Source: Welwitschia mirabilis (lineage: Eukaryota). From it: a stretch of 39,230 nucleotides of DNA. Every line of letters begins with the position of its first letter. The stretch's first letter is position 1. The notes below the pieces were generated by a model, which saw only the letters and a list, made by a program, of their open reading frames with translations, was not told the origin of the DNA and did no database searches. Shown here piece after piece: positions 24,404 to 36,545 of this stretch. Both the position numbers and the translations under genes were made by a program. The stretch is from contig JBOZIK010000001.1 of assembly GCA_051453625.1 (NCBI GenBank), positions 37,849,068-37,888,297 on the forward strand. The letters are read 5' to 3'.

Positions 24404-26822
24404 TAGCCCCCCACTTAGTCTTTGTCAGTTCCTGACAAAAACCAGGTAAAAAACCATAATTGTGAGCCAATTTATTTTTCAAAGGATAAATCTAGAAGTT
24501 TATAAAATAGGCTGATAAAACACATCTTATAGATAGATAACAAGTAATGCATAATGTGTATAAAAATTTGAAAATTTGATGTTATAAAAGATGTGAATTA
24601 AGTTCAAAATTTTTGAAAATGAGCCATGAAAATGGGTCTCTATCCCCCCACCCAAAAGAAAAAAAGAAATATGTCTTGTATTAATAAATAAATCAAAGAA
24701 GGTAAATAGGAGTGGAAAGATAGGAAATAAAAATGAGGACAACTTTCAAAATAAAATTCCAAGCTAAGTGATGTTAGATTTGAAAAATATAGAGATATGA
24801 AATATTCTAACAGGAAAAGAAAAAAGTGGATAAAAAATTTTTTGTCATAAAAGAGATCATGAGCATTACCTATAACAACAAAAATATGAAGAAAATAAAA
24901 CAAAAACAAAATAATAAAGTACTTTTTATTGATAAACTAAAACTAAGAAAACATGCTAAGAAAACATGGTAATAAATTTGAAATAACTAACCAAACTACA
25001 AAGGAAAAAATAAAAAGGATGGACATAAGATAACATAAACAAAAGATAGCTCACCAACCTAACATTTTCACCTAGAAAATTCTAATGAAAGTAATCATAA
25101 CATCACTAGATGTGAAAGATGCATGACTTAATGTACAAAAAGAATTCCATTAGATAAGGTAGTGATTATGACGATGCTAGAGTAAAATGCTTTAATCAAT
25201 GAATGATCAAGTCAAATAACTCTATTGCCATCATCTCAAAAAAAACACCCAAATCTCAACAAATAAAATGATCATGTAGAGAGACTAAGAGTCTAGGAAA
25301 TAAGTAATATCTTTGATGATACCAAGAACACCACTGATCCCATAGATTTAAAGTTTAAATATAACTCTATTACCCATGATGATGGGAGTGCAACCACTAT
25401 CAGAGAAGTAAGGACCTGTGAGGCATGGCCAACTGACCTCCTAGTGGAGTTCCCACAGCTACCATATTACACTGCCAAAGGCTCCTCTTGAAAATATTTG
25501 CCCCGGTGTACTTGTAGTAGAAGATCATAATGACCATGTTTTCGAGATATCACAAATATAAAACATCATAGTCTTTATTTCACACTTTTTTTTAATAAAA
25601 CAAAACAATATTCCACATGACCAAACACTCCAAAAGACAAAGGTGAAAGTCGTAAGATTAAGACAGAAAAGAACACTCTTAAACAATTTAAGACTCTTTC
25701 ACCATTGAGAAAAAACATCAAAAATAAAGCATCTTTCTTTAATTGAAGTTCATAGACATGTGAATGTCCTAAGATTGGGTGAATCCAATCTTATCACTGA
25801 AATGCCCAAGTCAAAAGACTAGTCATGGAAATAAATACATAAATCATGTTTGAAAGATGATCAAGTAATGCCATAANNNNNNNNNNNNNNNNNNNNNNNN
25901 NNNNNNNNNNNNNNNNNNNNNNNNNNNNNNNNNNNNNNNNNNNNNNNNNNNNNNNNNNNNNNNNNNNNNNNNNNNNNNNNNNNNNNNNNNNNNNNNNNNN
26001 NNNNNNNNNNNNNNNNNNNNNNNNNNNNNNNNNNNNNNNNNNNNNNNNNNNNNNNNNNNNNNNNNNNNNNNNNNNNNNNNNNNNNNNNNNAGAAAAAAGA
26101 AATAGAACACAAAAAATTAATAGAACAATTAGAGAACTATTAAAAGTGATTATCGTCCACCCTATCACGAGGATGATAGAGGAGTTGACTGATTATTTTT
26201 ATAGAAAAAAATAGAAACTAAAAATAGAAACTACAAATATAAATAAAAATTAAAAAAAAAACAGAGCCACTCAAAATAGAAAACTAAAAGAAAAATTTAA
26301 GGCAAGTAAAATTTTATTTAAATTCTAAATCTAAAAGCATACTTTATTAAAAAGAAAGAAAAAAGATCAAGGATCTGTTATGGTCTCAAGTTTTTTATAG
26401 AAGTAGAATTCAAACTAGAAATTNNNNNNNNNNNNNNNNNNNNNNNNNNNNNNNNNNNNNNNNNNNNNNNNNNNNNNNNNNNNNNNNNNNNNNNNNNNNN
26501 NNNNNNNNNNNNNNNNNNNNNNNNNNNNNNNNNNNNNNNNNNNNNNNNNNNNNNNNNNNNNNNNNNNNNNNNNNNNNNNNNNNNNNNNNNNNNNNNNNNN
26601 NNNNNNNNNNNNNNNNNNNNNNNNNNNNNNNNNNNNNNNNNNNNNNNNNNNNNNNNNNNNNNNNNNNNNNNNNNNNNNNNNNNNNNNNNNNNNNNNNNNN
26701 NNNNNNNNNNNNNNNNNNNNNNNNNNNNNNNNNNNNNNNNNNNNNNNNNNNNNNNNNNNNNNNNNNNNNNNNNNNNNNNNNNNNNNNNNNNNNNNNNNNN
26801 NNNNNNNNNNNNNNNNNNNNNN

Positions 26823-28920
26823 AAGTGGGTAATGTTGTAAAAATAAAGCAAATTTAAATTATATTCAATGTTCATATCATCATCACTCAAATCTTTCTCA
26901 GTTGCATGAAAGACACTAATCATAAAAGTTCTATTTCCAAAATGACATTTCATTATTCCTTTTCTTGTATTAATGATGCAGTGGGCTGTTTTACAAAAGG
27001 CTCTATCTAGAAGTAAAGGATATCATGTGTTATGCTCAACCTCTATGATAATCACATCAATGGGATAGCAAGCCTCTTCAATTTGTTTTGTTAAATACTT
27101 AATGATACCTAACAGTTTCCTAACTAATGTATCTGCTAATTCTAGGATAATCGAGGTAGGCTATATTCTATCCTTTAAACCAAGCCTCTTACAAATGTAA
27201 AGTGGCATAATTTTAACACTCACTCCAATGTCAATTAAATCTTTTCTTATCTTTTTATTTCCTTCTATAGTAACATTCACCATTGCTACTCCTAGATCTT
27301 TAAATTTGGATGATTTTTATAACACTAAATTCATAATGGATTGGGTAAGAAATACTTTCCTAGGGATAACTCTTTTTTGTTTTCTTCTAATTAAATATTT
27401 TCATAGTTTTGAATACCCTGTATTTTCTTATAAAACTTTTCAAAATGGTAGGTTTATACTTTTCATTAAGGCTTTTAAATAATCATTAAAAGTTAAATTA
27501 TTGTTAAGCCTATTAATCCAAGGGGTAGAAGGATTTTTCTTTTTCTTCTTATCAAGAGAAGGGAAGTTGTAATAATCTAAAACCTAAATGTCCTCTTCCT
27601 ATTTTTCTTCATTATTTTAGAAGGAGAAAGGTTCACATGGAGGAGGGTTTATTTCTTGTTTACTTATTGTCACAACCTTATAATCTCTTATTAGTTCATT
27701 TAGTTTAGATAAAGTTTGTATAGTTAAAGCTCCTTAAGGTCTTTGGTGTGATAGCAATCTTTATTGAAAAATGTTTGCCACATTTTCTACATTGATAATT
27801 ATTTTTTAGAGCTCCTCTATAAGGTTTGTGAGTTTCTCATTTAGATTTTGAAAATTTAATGGACTTGATGGATAGCTTGCATTTTCGAATTCATTTCTAA
27901 AAGGTTAATGATTATTTTGGAAATACATTTTCAACCTAGGTTGTGCTTAATTTTGGTTTCAAAAATTTTAAGATGGTTGATTAAAAGTAAAAACTTCTTC
28001 ATGAATCCTTTCTTTATAAGTTGGCAAAAGAGGATAAATTTTGATAACATGATAGTTGTCCTCACATAAATCACAGGTTTTCACAACATTTCTTTTGGTT
28101 GCATTTTTAGGATCTAAAATTATTTCCATATACTTATCTAAGGTGGTTGTAAAACCTCTCATAGAATTTATAGGGTTATCTTCTACCTCTTTTTATTACT
28201 TCACCTACTTTAAGTTCTTGATAAGTTGGCCTATCATTTGATTTTCTTTAGGTGTTGACCATGTTTTACTAACCTCCATAAGTTCTTATAATTTTATCCA
28301 TCCATCATCTAGAGTAAGGTTCATGCAGTTTCCTCCATAAGAAAAATCTACAAGTTGTTGTGTGCGTGGAGTTAGTCCACTATAAAAGTAGTTTAGCTGT
28401 TCTACTCTTGAAAAGGCATCTACTAGATTAGAGTGGACTATTATAAGGAAATGTGTATATGTGGAGGCATACTATTCATTTGGTTTTTATTGAAAGCTTA
28501 TTACCTTCAATTTTTTTTTTCTTATAGTTTATTCACTCATGAATCTTTTCACAAAGGTTTCTTAGAGTTGATTCCATGTTTTTAGGCTTTTGTGGGGGAT
28601 AGTTTTTAACCAAAGTTTTGTCCTACCTTTTAATGTTATGAAAAATATCACCATATATGTTTTATCTTTTTTTCTTCCCATTTCCCAAGGTGAGGATAAG
28701 TTGTTTAATATCTTCAATNNNNNNNNNNCATCTTCTCCATTAAAAGTTAGATAAGTGTGTAAATTTTTAAGCTCTACATCATCTCCCAGTGGGAGGTTAA
28801 AATGTGTTTGAATTTCACTTTTTTTATTCACTAATAATTCTCTAAGGGTGAGGTTGGCATTAGGAGTAAAAGATTCTACTACTTGTTTTTGTTTACAAGA
28901 GGCACTCAAAATTGTGATTT
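26823..28920 (-). pseudogene. Gag plus aspartic protease of element D, disrupted
   Basis: ORF 28562-28909 (PNANLTLRELL...FFITLKGRTKLWL), YFYSGLTP near 28380, ORF 27968-28162 (CDLCEDNYH), protease LIDIGVSVKIMPL near 27200-27240; homologous to 31300-33450 on plus. Confidence 0.88.
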
Positions 28921-29546
28921 GGTTCTCTTCTTCTATAGGTTTTTTATTGAGAAAATTAGATTTAGAAAAATAAATTCAAAAAGAGGATTAAATGAACCTA
29001 GAGATTATTCTTCTGAATCTTTTTCTATATTCACCAGTTCTTATTTGATATTCTTTTCTATTATCTATTTTTCTCTATGATATTTCTTCTTTAAGTTAAT
29101 CATATCATAGCATCCTGCAAATAGAAAACAATAAAAAATAAATAAAAAATAACAGACCATCATCCTGTCTATTGTTTAGATGATAGAAGAGATGATGCAC
29201 ACAAAAAAGAGAAAAATAAAAATAGAACTAAAACTAAAACAAAAATCATAAGATATAGAAAAGTGACTATCATCCACTTAGTCATCCAGACATCACAGGA
29301 GATGACAGAACTAATTTATTGTAGAGAAAATTAAAATATGAAAATAAAAATCAAAAACAAAAATAGCATATTATCCTCTCGACTATTTTGGGGATGACAT
29401 AGGGGATAACCACACTTTTTAGTAAAAAATAAAACTGAAAAATAGCATATATAAAACCTATAGCTCCTAATAAAATACAACACTACATAGACAGAGGTCA
29501 ATATACTTATCTAAATGATGATAAACTTTGTAATCCTTAATAGCCT

Positions 29547-29564
29547 TCCCCAGTAATGGCACCA
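29547..29564 (-). other. Primer binding site of element D (Athila-type)
   Basis: Minus strand TGGTGCCATTACTGGGGA differs from Athila-type TGGCGCCGTTGCCGGGGA by four transitions and lies 3 nt from the LTR. Confidence 0.82.
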
Positions 29565-29567
29565 ATT

Positions 29568-30086
29568 TGTTATGGTATGTATTTGTACATGCTATTATGT
29601 TCAAATAGATTTTGTAATTAATAACTAAAATAGATATTATGCATAATATATCACACTAGTATAATGGTAGTAACCCAAAATGTCATATCTCGTTAAAGTC
29701 CCTGAGTATAAGACTCAAGTTGCTTCTGTAATTTAAAATAGAAACCAAAAATATGTGAGAAAATAAAGTACTATGCAAAGTGTGATATGCAATCTAATCT
29801 AACGTGCAATGCAAAATAATCCTAATCCTACTTGCTTTTAGCCTTAACAAAGGCTACCCTTGATAATCTATATCACTCACAAAATTGTTACAAGAAGATC
29901 TCCAATGCAAACATGTAAATAAAACCAAGATTTATATTAAAAGTATAACATTCATCTGGGTTACCAAATAGCTAGGTCCCAATGGAATATACTCAGCACT
30001 CTACTAAGTGCACGTCTTTCTGCAACTCACCTAGATGGATCTCCTACCCTTTGCTCTCCTGTCATAATAATATGTGTTGCATCAAA
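29568..30086 (-). repeat. PBS-adjacent LTR of element D, cut by an assembly gap
   Basis: Starts TGTT and is colinear with 23350-23900 up to the N run. Confidence 0.88.
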
Positions 30087-30126
30087 NNNNNNNNNNNNNN
30101 NNNNNNNNNNNNNNNNNNNNNNNATT

Positions 30127-31132
30127 TATTATGATATGTATTTATGCATGCTTTTATGTTCAGATATATATTATTATTAGTAATCAAAAATATATATTAT
30201 GCATAATGCATCATGCTAATATAGTGGAAGTAACCTAAAATGTTGTATCTTGTTGAAGTCTATCCATAAGGGACTCAGATTGGTTTTGCGATTTAATTTT
30301 AGAATTTAAAAATAATAAAGAACAATGCAATAAAATAAACTACCATAAAAAGTGTAATACTAATATACAATATAATCTAGCATGCAATGCAAAATGATCC
30401 TAGCCCTATTTACTGTACAAAGGCTTTCCTTGATAATCTATATCACCCAAGAAATTATCACTAGATCTTAGACAACATTAGACTATAAGGGATATAAGAA
30501 ATCATACAATGCAAATAATACAAACATGTAAAGAAAACCAAAATTTATATTAAAAGTGTAACATTCATCTGAGTTACAAAATAGCTAGGTCTCAATAGAA
30601 AATACTCAATCCTCTACCAAGTGAACATCTTTCTGTTACTCACAAAGAAGGATCTCCCACCCTTCATTCCCATGTCATGAGAATCTCTAGTGCATCGAAG
30701 ATGGAAAGAAGAGTCAAAGGGAAACTGTCAGTGATATACGAAACAACTGAGGGAATCTGTCAGTGATAGTTACATGTTAGTATCATTTGGCTATTATCTA
30801 GATGACATGAAGGAAGACAGACCATTACAAAATATCATAAAAGTGATGACTCAGTGGTCCACATAAGCAGTCATCATCCTACCTATCATGTGGATGGAGA
30901 GGATGATGATCTTCTTTAATGATTTTTTGTGAAGAAACTTTAGTAGTTTTATCATGAAAATCTCTATTCATTGGAAATTTCCTTTAATGCATTAAATTTG
31001 GGTAATAATTACACTTTTTCAATATTTCCTCTTATATCTCAAGAATCCTCAGAATTTCACCTAAACCTGTATAAAAGTCCTGTAAAACAACTTATAAAAC
31101 CCATCAAATAACTGTAAATTAACAACACAATA
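30127..31132 (-). repeat. Outer, more diverged LTR copy of the D family
   Basis: Colinear with 23350-24403; both termini are TA; followed by TSD AATTT; lacks the TATA segment. Confidence 0.88.
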
Positions 31133-31199
31133 AATTTATACATTTATTTTTTTAGAATTGGATTTTGCAAAAGAAAATTTTCTAGAATATTGTTTGAAT

Positions 31200-34100
31200 G
31201 ATAGTTTTTAATTTTTAAATATGTCTAGTTTATTATAAAAGCAAAAGCAAGTTACTTCGTCTAATCCATCTCTTGTCATTGGAATTCCTATTAATATACC
31301 TATAAAACCTAATGCTAATGTTACCCTGAGATAATTTATTACTAATAAAAAATGTGAAATTTAAACCTCTTTTAATTTACCTTCTGGTAATGATGTCAAA
31401 CTTAGAAACCTAAATGATTATCCCATTTTAGTGGTAAATATGATAAAGATATTTTACAACACATTGACAACATTAAATAGTTTGTGCTCACTCTAGGAAA
31501 TAGTAAGAAAAGAATAAGTGATATAACTTAATAATCATTTTTTTATCACTTTAAAAGATAAAGATAAAATTTGGTTAAGAACAATTTCTCATAAAATTAT
31601 AAAATCATTAGAGATTCGTGAGTGAAACTATCATTAGAAAATGTAAGAAAGAAATAATCAACTTCCAATAATAGCCTAATGAAGATTATGCCTCTACCTA
31701 TAAGATATTTTTTATTGTTTTACATTCAAACTTTGCAAATACTTTTTCTCCAGAAGAAATGGTAGACTACTTTATAGTGGACTTAATAGTTAAACTAAGT
31801 AGCTAGTTAATTTTTTGTATAAAGGGAATTTGTTGAATATTACTTTAGAAAATGCTTGAAAAGTATTAGAAGAGTTAGTAGAAGTAAATTAAACTTGGCT
31901 TAAATCCTCACCTAGAGCAAAATCGAGCTATATGTTAAATCATTAAAGATCTTAAGAAGGTTAAGCAAGAAAAAGAAGAAATAAAAACTAAAAATGAACC
32001 AATAAATATTATTAAGGATTTTACCTCAACTTTAGAAAAATATACTTAGATGATTTTAGATGTAAAAGTGGTAACAAAGAAGAGTGTAGTTGTATCTCAA
32101 ACTTATGATTTATGTAAAGAAAACTATCATGTTACAAAAGATGTCCTTACTATTAACATATAAAGAAAGAATTTATAGAGAACTATGTGCTTTTAGCCAA
32201 ATATTCTTAAACTTTAACCAAAACCAAAACCAAAATTAAATCTAAAATCACAATAATTTTCAACCTTGGAGGAATGAATGATATAATTTTAAAAGTTTTC
32301 AAATAAATATCCTAATTTCCAAACATTTAGAAAGATATTTGAGAATGGAAATTTCCAATTAAAAAACTCAAATAATCAAGCAAATTCATCCAACTCACAA
32401 AACCAAAGTGATCCACTTAGAAATTCTATTTATGAGTTGAGAAAGACATAAGAAAGAATAACTTTCAACATTGAAAATATTATGAGTATTTTGTAATAAA
32501 CTATGCTTACTAACCAAAGATTGTAAGAGTTACTTTACACTCAATCTTTACCAAACCCAAATGAAGTTAGCAAATATTATAAGGTTCTGACAAGAAGTGG
32601 AAATGAGATAACACTTCCTCTTCATTAGGCTTTAACATCTTAGAGTGATAAAAATAAAATAGAAGAGGATATAGAAATTTTAGAAATTCATTCTTTCCCT
32701 TCTCCTTTAAGTAACAAAAAGAAAAATTCTTTTCATAAGAAACTACCTACCCCTTGTCTTGATACATTGAACAAAAATCCTACCTTTGATGAACATCTTA
32801 AAGCTTTAATGAAAAATTTGAGTATCAATTTATAATTTTTGAAACTTTTACAAGAGAATCCTAAGTATTATAAACTATGGAAGATTTGACTAGAAGAAAA
32901 TAAAAATGAGCCATTTTTAGTAAAGTCTTCCTAACCCAATCCATTAACAACTTAGTTTTATAGAAATGTCTAAAGTCTAAAGATCTGGGAGCAGCAACTA
33001 TTCGTGTTACTTTAATAAAATAGAAGGATAAAAAAAGCCTTGATTGATATTGAAGCTAGTGTCAACATTATGCCCTTGCACATTTGTTAACAACTTGGGT
33101 TAAAAAATAAAATAGATCCTACAAGGATTATCTTAGAATTGGTGGATACATCTCTTCAGAAATCTTTAGGCATGATTAAGGATTTAGTAATTTATATGAA
33201 GTAAGCATTCTACCCATTGATGTTGTTGTGACAGAAGTTAAACATAACAATGATTATTCTTTATTTCTAAATAAATAGTTTTGTACAATAGACCATTATA
33301 TTAGAATACATTTGATGGAGCACCATTTAGGAAATAAAATTTTTTTAGCAAGAGTATTTGATGTGGCTAAAAAATATTTAGGTAATGATTTAAGTGTAAA
33401 AGAAGAAATAAAGCCAATTTTGTTTTTACAGCATCATCCACTTGAAGAAATATGATCAATGATTTATAATCCAACTTTATTTAATGATCAACTAGAAGTA
33501 GATAACTTGAATGCTTTTGATAAAAACAACTTGATTTTAACCATTTAGAATTTGATTACTTTAATCTAGAAAGTAGAAATACTAAATCTATTAATTGTGT
33601 AGAAGTCTAAAATCCAAGGAAAACTAAGACTTCTTATTTATAGGGTAGTCATCTACTACTAACATCTAGACTATAGGCTGAGATGATAGTGAAATTTTCT
33701 AAAAATTTAACCAAAAAAAATTTAAATTCAAATTTGAATCTAAAATCTTTACCCAGTGGATTGAAATACATTTTTTTTTTATATAATGATCTGAACAAAT
33801 ATTTGATAATTAATGAAAATCCTTCCCCTCAACAAGAATCAAGCTTAATCTCTATTTTATAATCTAAGATAAATGAGTTCACTTACTTTCATAAAGATTT
33901 GATAGCCATTTCTACCTCAATTGTTTAACATAAAGTCTACCTTGAGAATAATGTAGAACCTGTTAGGAAACCATAATGTATACTTAATTTAGCCCTTAAG
34001 CAAGTTGTTAAAGATAAAATCATAAAATTAATGAATGTTAGAATCATTTATGCCATAGATGATAGTGAGTGAAGTAGCCCTTTGATGATAATACCTAAGA

Positions 34101-36545
34101 AAGTTGGAAAATGAAGGATGTGCATAGATTCCATAAAATCAAATGAACTAACCACAAGTGATCATTGTCCTTTTCCTTTTCTTAATTAGATACTTGATAA
34201 GATTCAGGGATATGCATTTTATTATTTAGTTTATGGATATAGTGGTTATAATTAGGTATTTATTTCTCATAATAATTAAGACAAAAGTACTTTTACTTTA
34301 CCTTTTAGTACTTTTGCTTTTTTATGCATGTCTTTCAGACTTTATAATACTCTTATTACTTTTCAACATGTTATAAGGGGTATTTTTTTTGATATGATAG
34401 AAGTTCTATAGAAATTTTTATGGATGACTTCTTTATTTATATTGAAACTTTTGATCAAATATTAGAATAATTAGAGAAAGTCCTTAATAGATGCATTTCT
34501 AGTGGCCTACATTTGATTTTGGAAAAGAGTTTATTTTTACTTAAAAATGGAATTATTTTATGTCATCATATTTCAAAAAAGGGGATTAAGATGAATCATA
34601 AAAATGTTGGTATTATTAAAAACTTGAATCTCCCTACCAATGTAAAACATGTTAGATCTTTTCTTAGTTATTGTGGTTTTTATTATTGGTTTACTTATGA
34701 TTATACAAACATTTATAAATCCCTTCACTCATTACTAGAAAAAGAAGCTAAATTTAAATGGAATGAGTCTTGTCAGCTTGTTGTTGATAGACTTAAACAT
34801 AAACTTTCTTATGCTCCTATTATAATGGGAGCTGATTGGGAAAAAATTTTGAATTGATGTGTGATTCTAGTAATTTTACTCTGGGTGGAATACTTTGTTA
34901 AAAATATGGAAATGAATTTAAAGTTATATCTTATTATAATAAATCTTTGTCTAAAATTCAAATAAATTATACTATTACAAAAAAGGAAATATTAGTAATC
35001 ATTTTTTTCCCTTGATATGCTCAGATATTATCTTTTAGGTTTTTATATGAATGTTTATACCAATCATTCTGCAATTTATTATCTTATTACTAAGAAAGAT
35101 TCTAATGCTAGATTTATTAGATGGATCCTTTTCATACAAGAATTTAACTTAACCATTATTAGTAAAGCAAGGAAGCATAATTGTATTGCTAATCATTTGT
35201 CTTATCTTCCTTATTCTCTTGATGGTTCTTTAATTGATGATTCTTTTTTAGATAAGCAACTTTCTGTTATATCTTTTACTTCTCCTCCTCCTTAGTATGT
35301 TGATATGGTTAATTATCTTATTACTATAAAAACACCACAACATTGGATTTATAATCAGCACAAATCTTTTCTCTACAGAATAGGTGACTATGAGTGGATA
35401 AGCTAAATTTGTATCATAGGTGTAAAGACTAAATTATGTGAACATGTATTCCTAATTAGAAAAAATCTAAAATCTTTATCTTTGACATTGTGGTATTTGT
35501 AGAGGTCATTTTTGTGGATATAAAATAACTATGAAAATTCTTCATTCTGGTTTTTATTATTTTACTCTTTTTCGGAATTATTTTTATTTTGCTAGAAGGT
35601 GTGATGCTTATCAACATTATAGTAGTCTTACTCATACTCAGAATATGCCCTTTAGACCTATTTGAATGTGAACATTTTAGTGGTTGTCGATTATGTTACT
35701 AAATGGGTTAAAGTTATTTCTACTTCTTTAAATGATGTTCAAACTATGTGTTATTATCTTAAAACTTATTATTTCATTATGGTTTTCTTAGGATTATTAT
35801 TAATGATGAAGGAACTCATTTTATAAATTAACTTTTTAAGAAATTTATTTTGTTCATTAGAATAGAACATATAGTAGCTTCTACTTATTATCCTCAAGCT
35901 AATGGATAGGTTGAAAATGCAAATAGAGAAATTAAGAAAATGTTATAAAAACTTGTCTATATTAATAAGAAATCTTGGGCTTTTAAGCTTAATACTGTTC
36001 TTTAGGCTTACTGTACTACTTGGCATAATTCTCTTAGTTTTTCACCTTATAAACTTGTGTATGAATAAGTTTGTGTTTTACTTATTGATGTGTGCTATAA
36101 CTCTTATCATACTTCTTATTAACTTAATGTTATAGACCTTCATAAAAACCTTAAACATAGATTAGCCCAATTAGATCACCTTGATGAAAACACACTTATT
36201 TTATGTATTTTTAATTAGTTGTCAAAGCCCAAGCTATGTTCCAACATAATAAAAAGTTACTTAAAAAAAATTTGAACCTAGTTAACTTGTCCTTTTATAT
36301 AATATTAGAGTATATATTTTGAATAAAAATTTGATCTCTAAATGATTAAATTCTTATCTTATAGAGAAAGTGCATTCTAATGTCTCTATTGATATTTTTG
36401 CCTTAGGGACTAAATATATTTAGCAAGTTAATGGACAATGGTTGAAACTATATAAAGGATATTTAGATGCAATTATGAACATGATAGAAGCACTTGTTTT
36501 AAAGGTTTCCCTCTATAAGAAGGACTTTCATCTATCATTATCTAA
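31200..36545 (+). pseudogene. Gag-pol of element E (gag, protease, RT, RNase H, integrase), heavily decayed
   Basis: KALIDIEASVNIMPL at ~33035; RMCID at ~34115; EIFMDDF at 34411; ORF 34513-34857 (VRSFLSYCGFY); RNase H ORF 35017-35295 (YTNHSAIYYL...RWILFIQEF); integrase ILVVVDYVTKWV at ~35675 with a ~65-bp deletion removing the (W)GIDF catalytic Asp segment; stop at 36545. Confidence 0.92.

Larger units (their letters stand above)
23350..31132 (-). mobile_element. Element D: Athila-like gag-protease-only element with three LTR copies; TSD AATTT
   Basis: AATTT at 23345-23349 and 31133-31137; LTRs 23350-24403, 29568-30086 and 30127-31132; PPT 24404-24416; PBS 29547-29564. Confidence 0.85.

Noticed and set aside
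22375..24909. Short hydrophobic F/I/L-rich ORFs (also 7879-8082, 27228-27482, 28883-29080, 35902-36135, 37625-37810)
   Set aside because: These are chance ORFs from T-rich LTR/UTR sequence or off-frame pol, and are not conserved between homologous copies.
25760..25810. Possible hammerhead ribozyme around the conserved hairpin
   Set aside because: The required CUGANGA and GAAA core flanking stem II is not present in any of the four copies.
33950..35300. RT-RNase H as an endogenous caulimovirus
   Set aside because: It is followed by integrase and preceded by LTR, PBS and gag, which is gypsy organisation.
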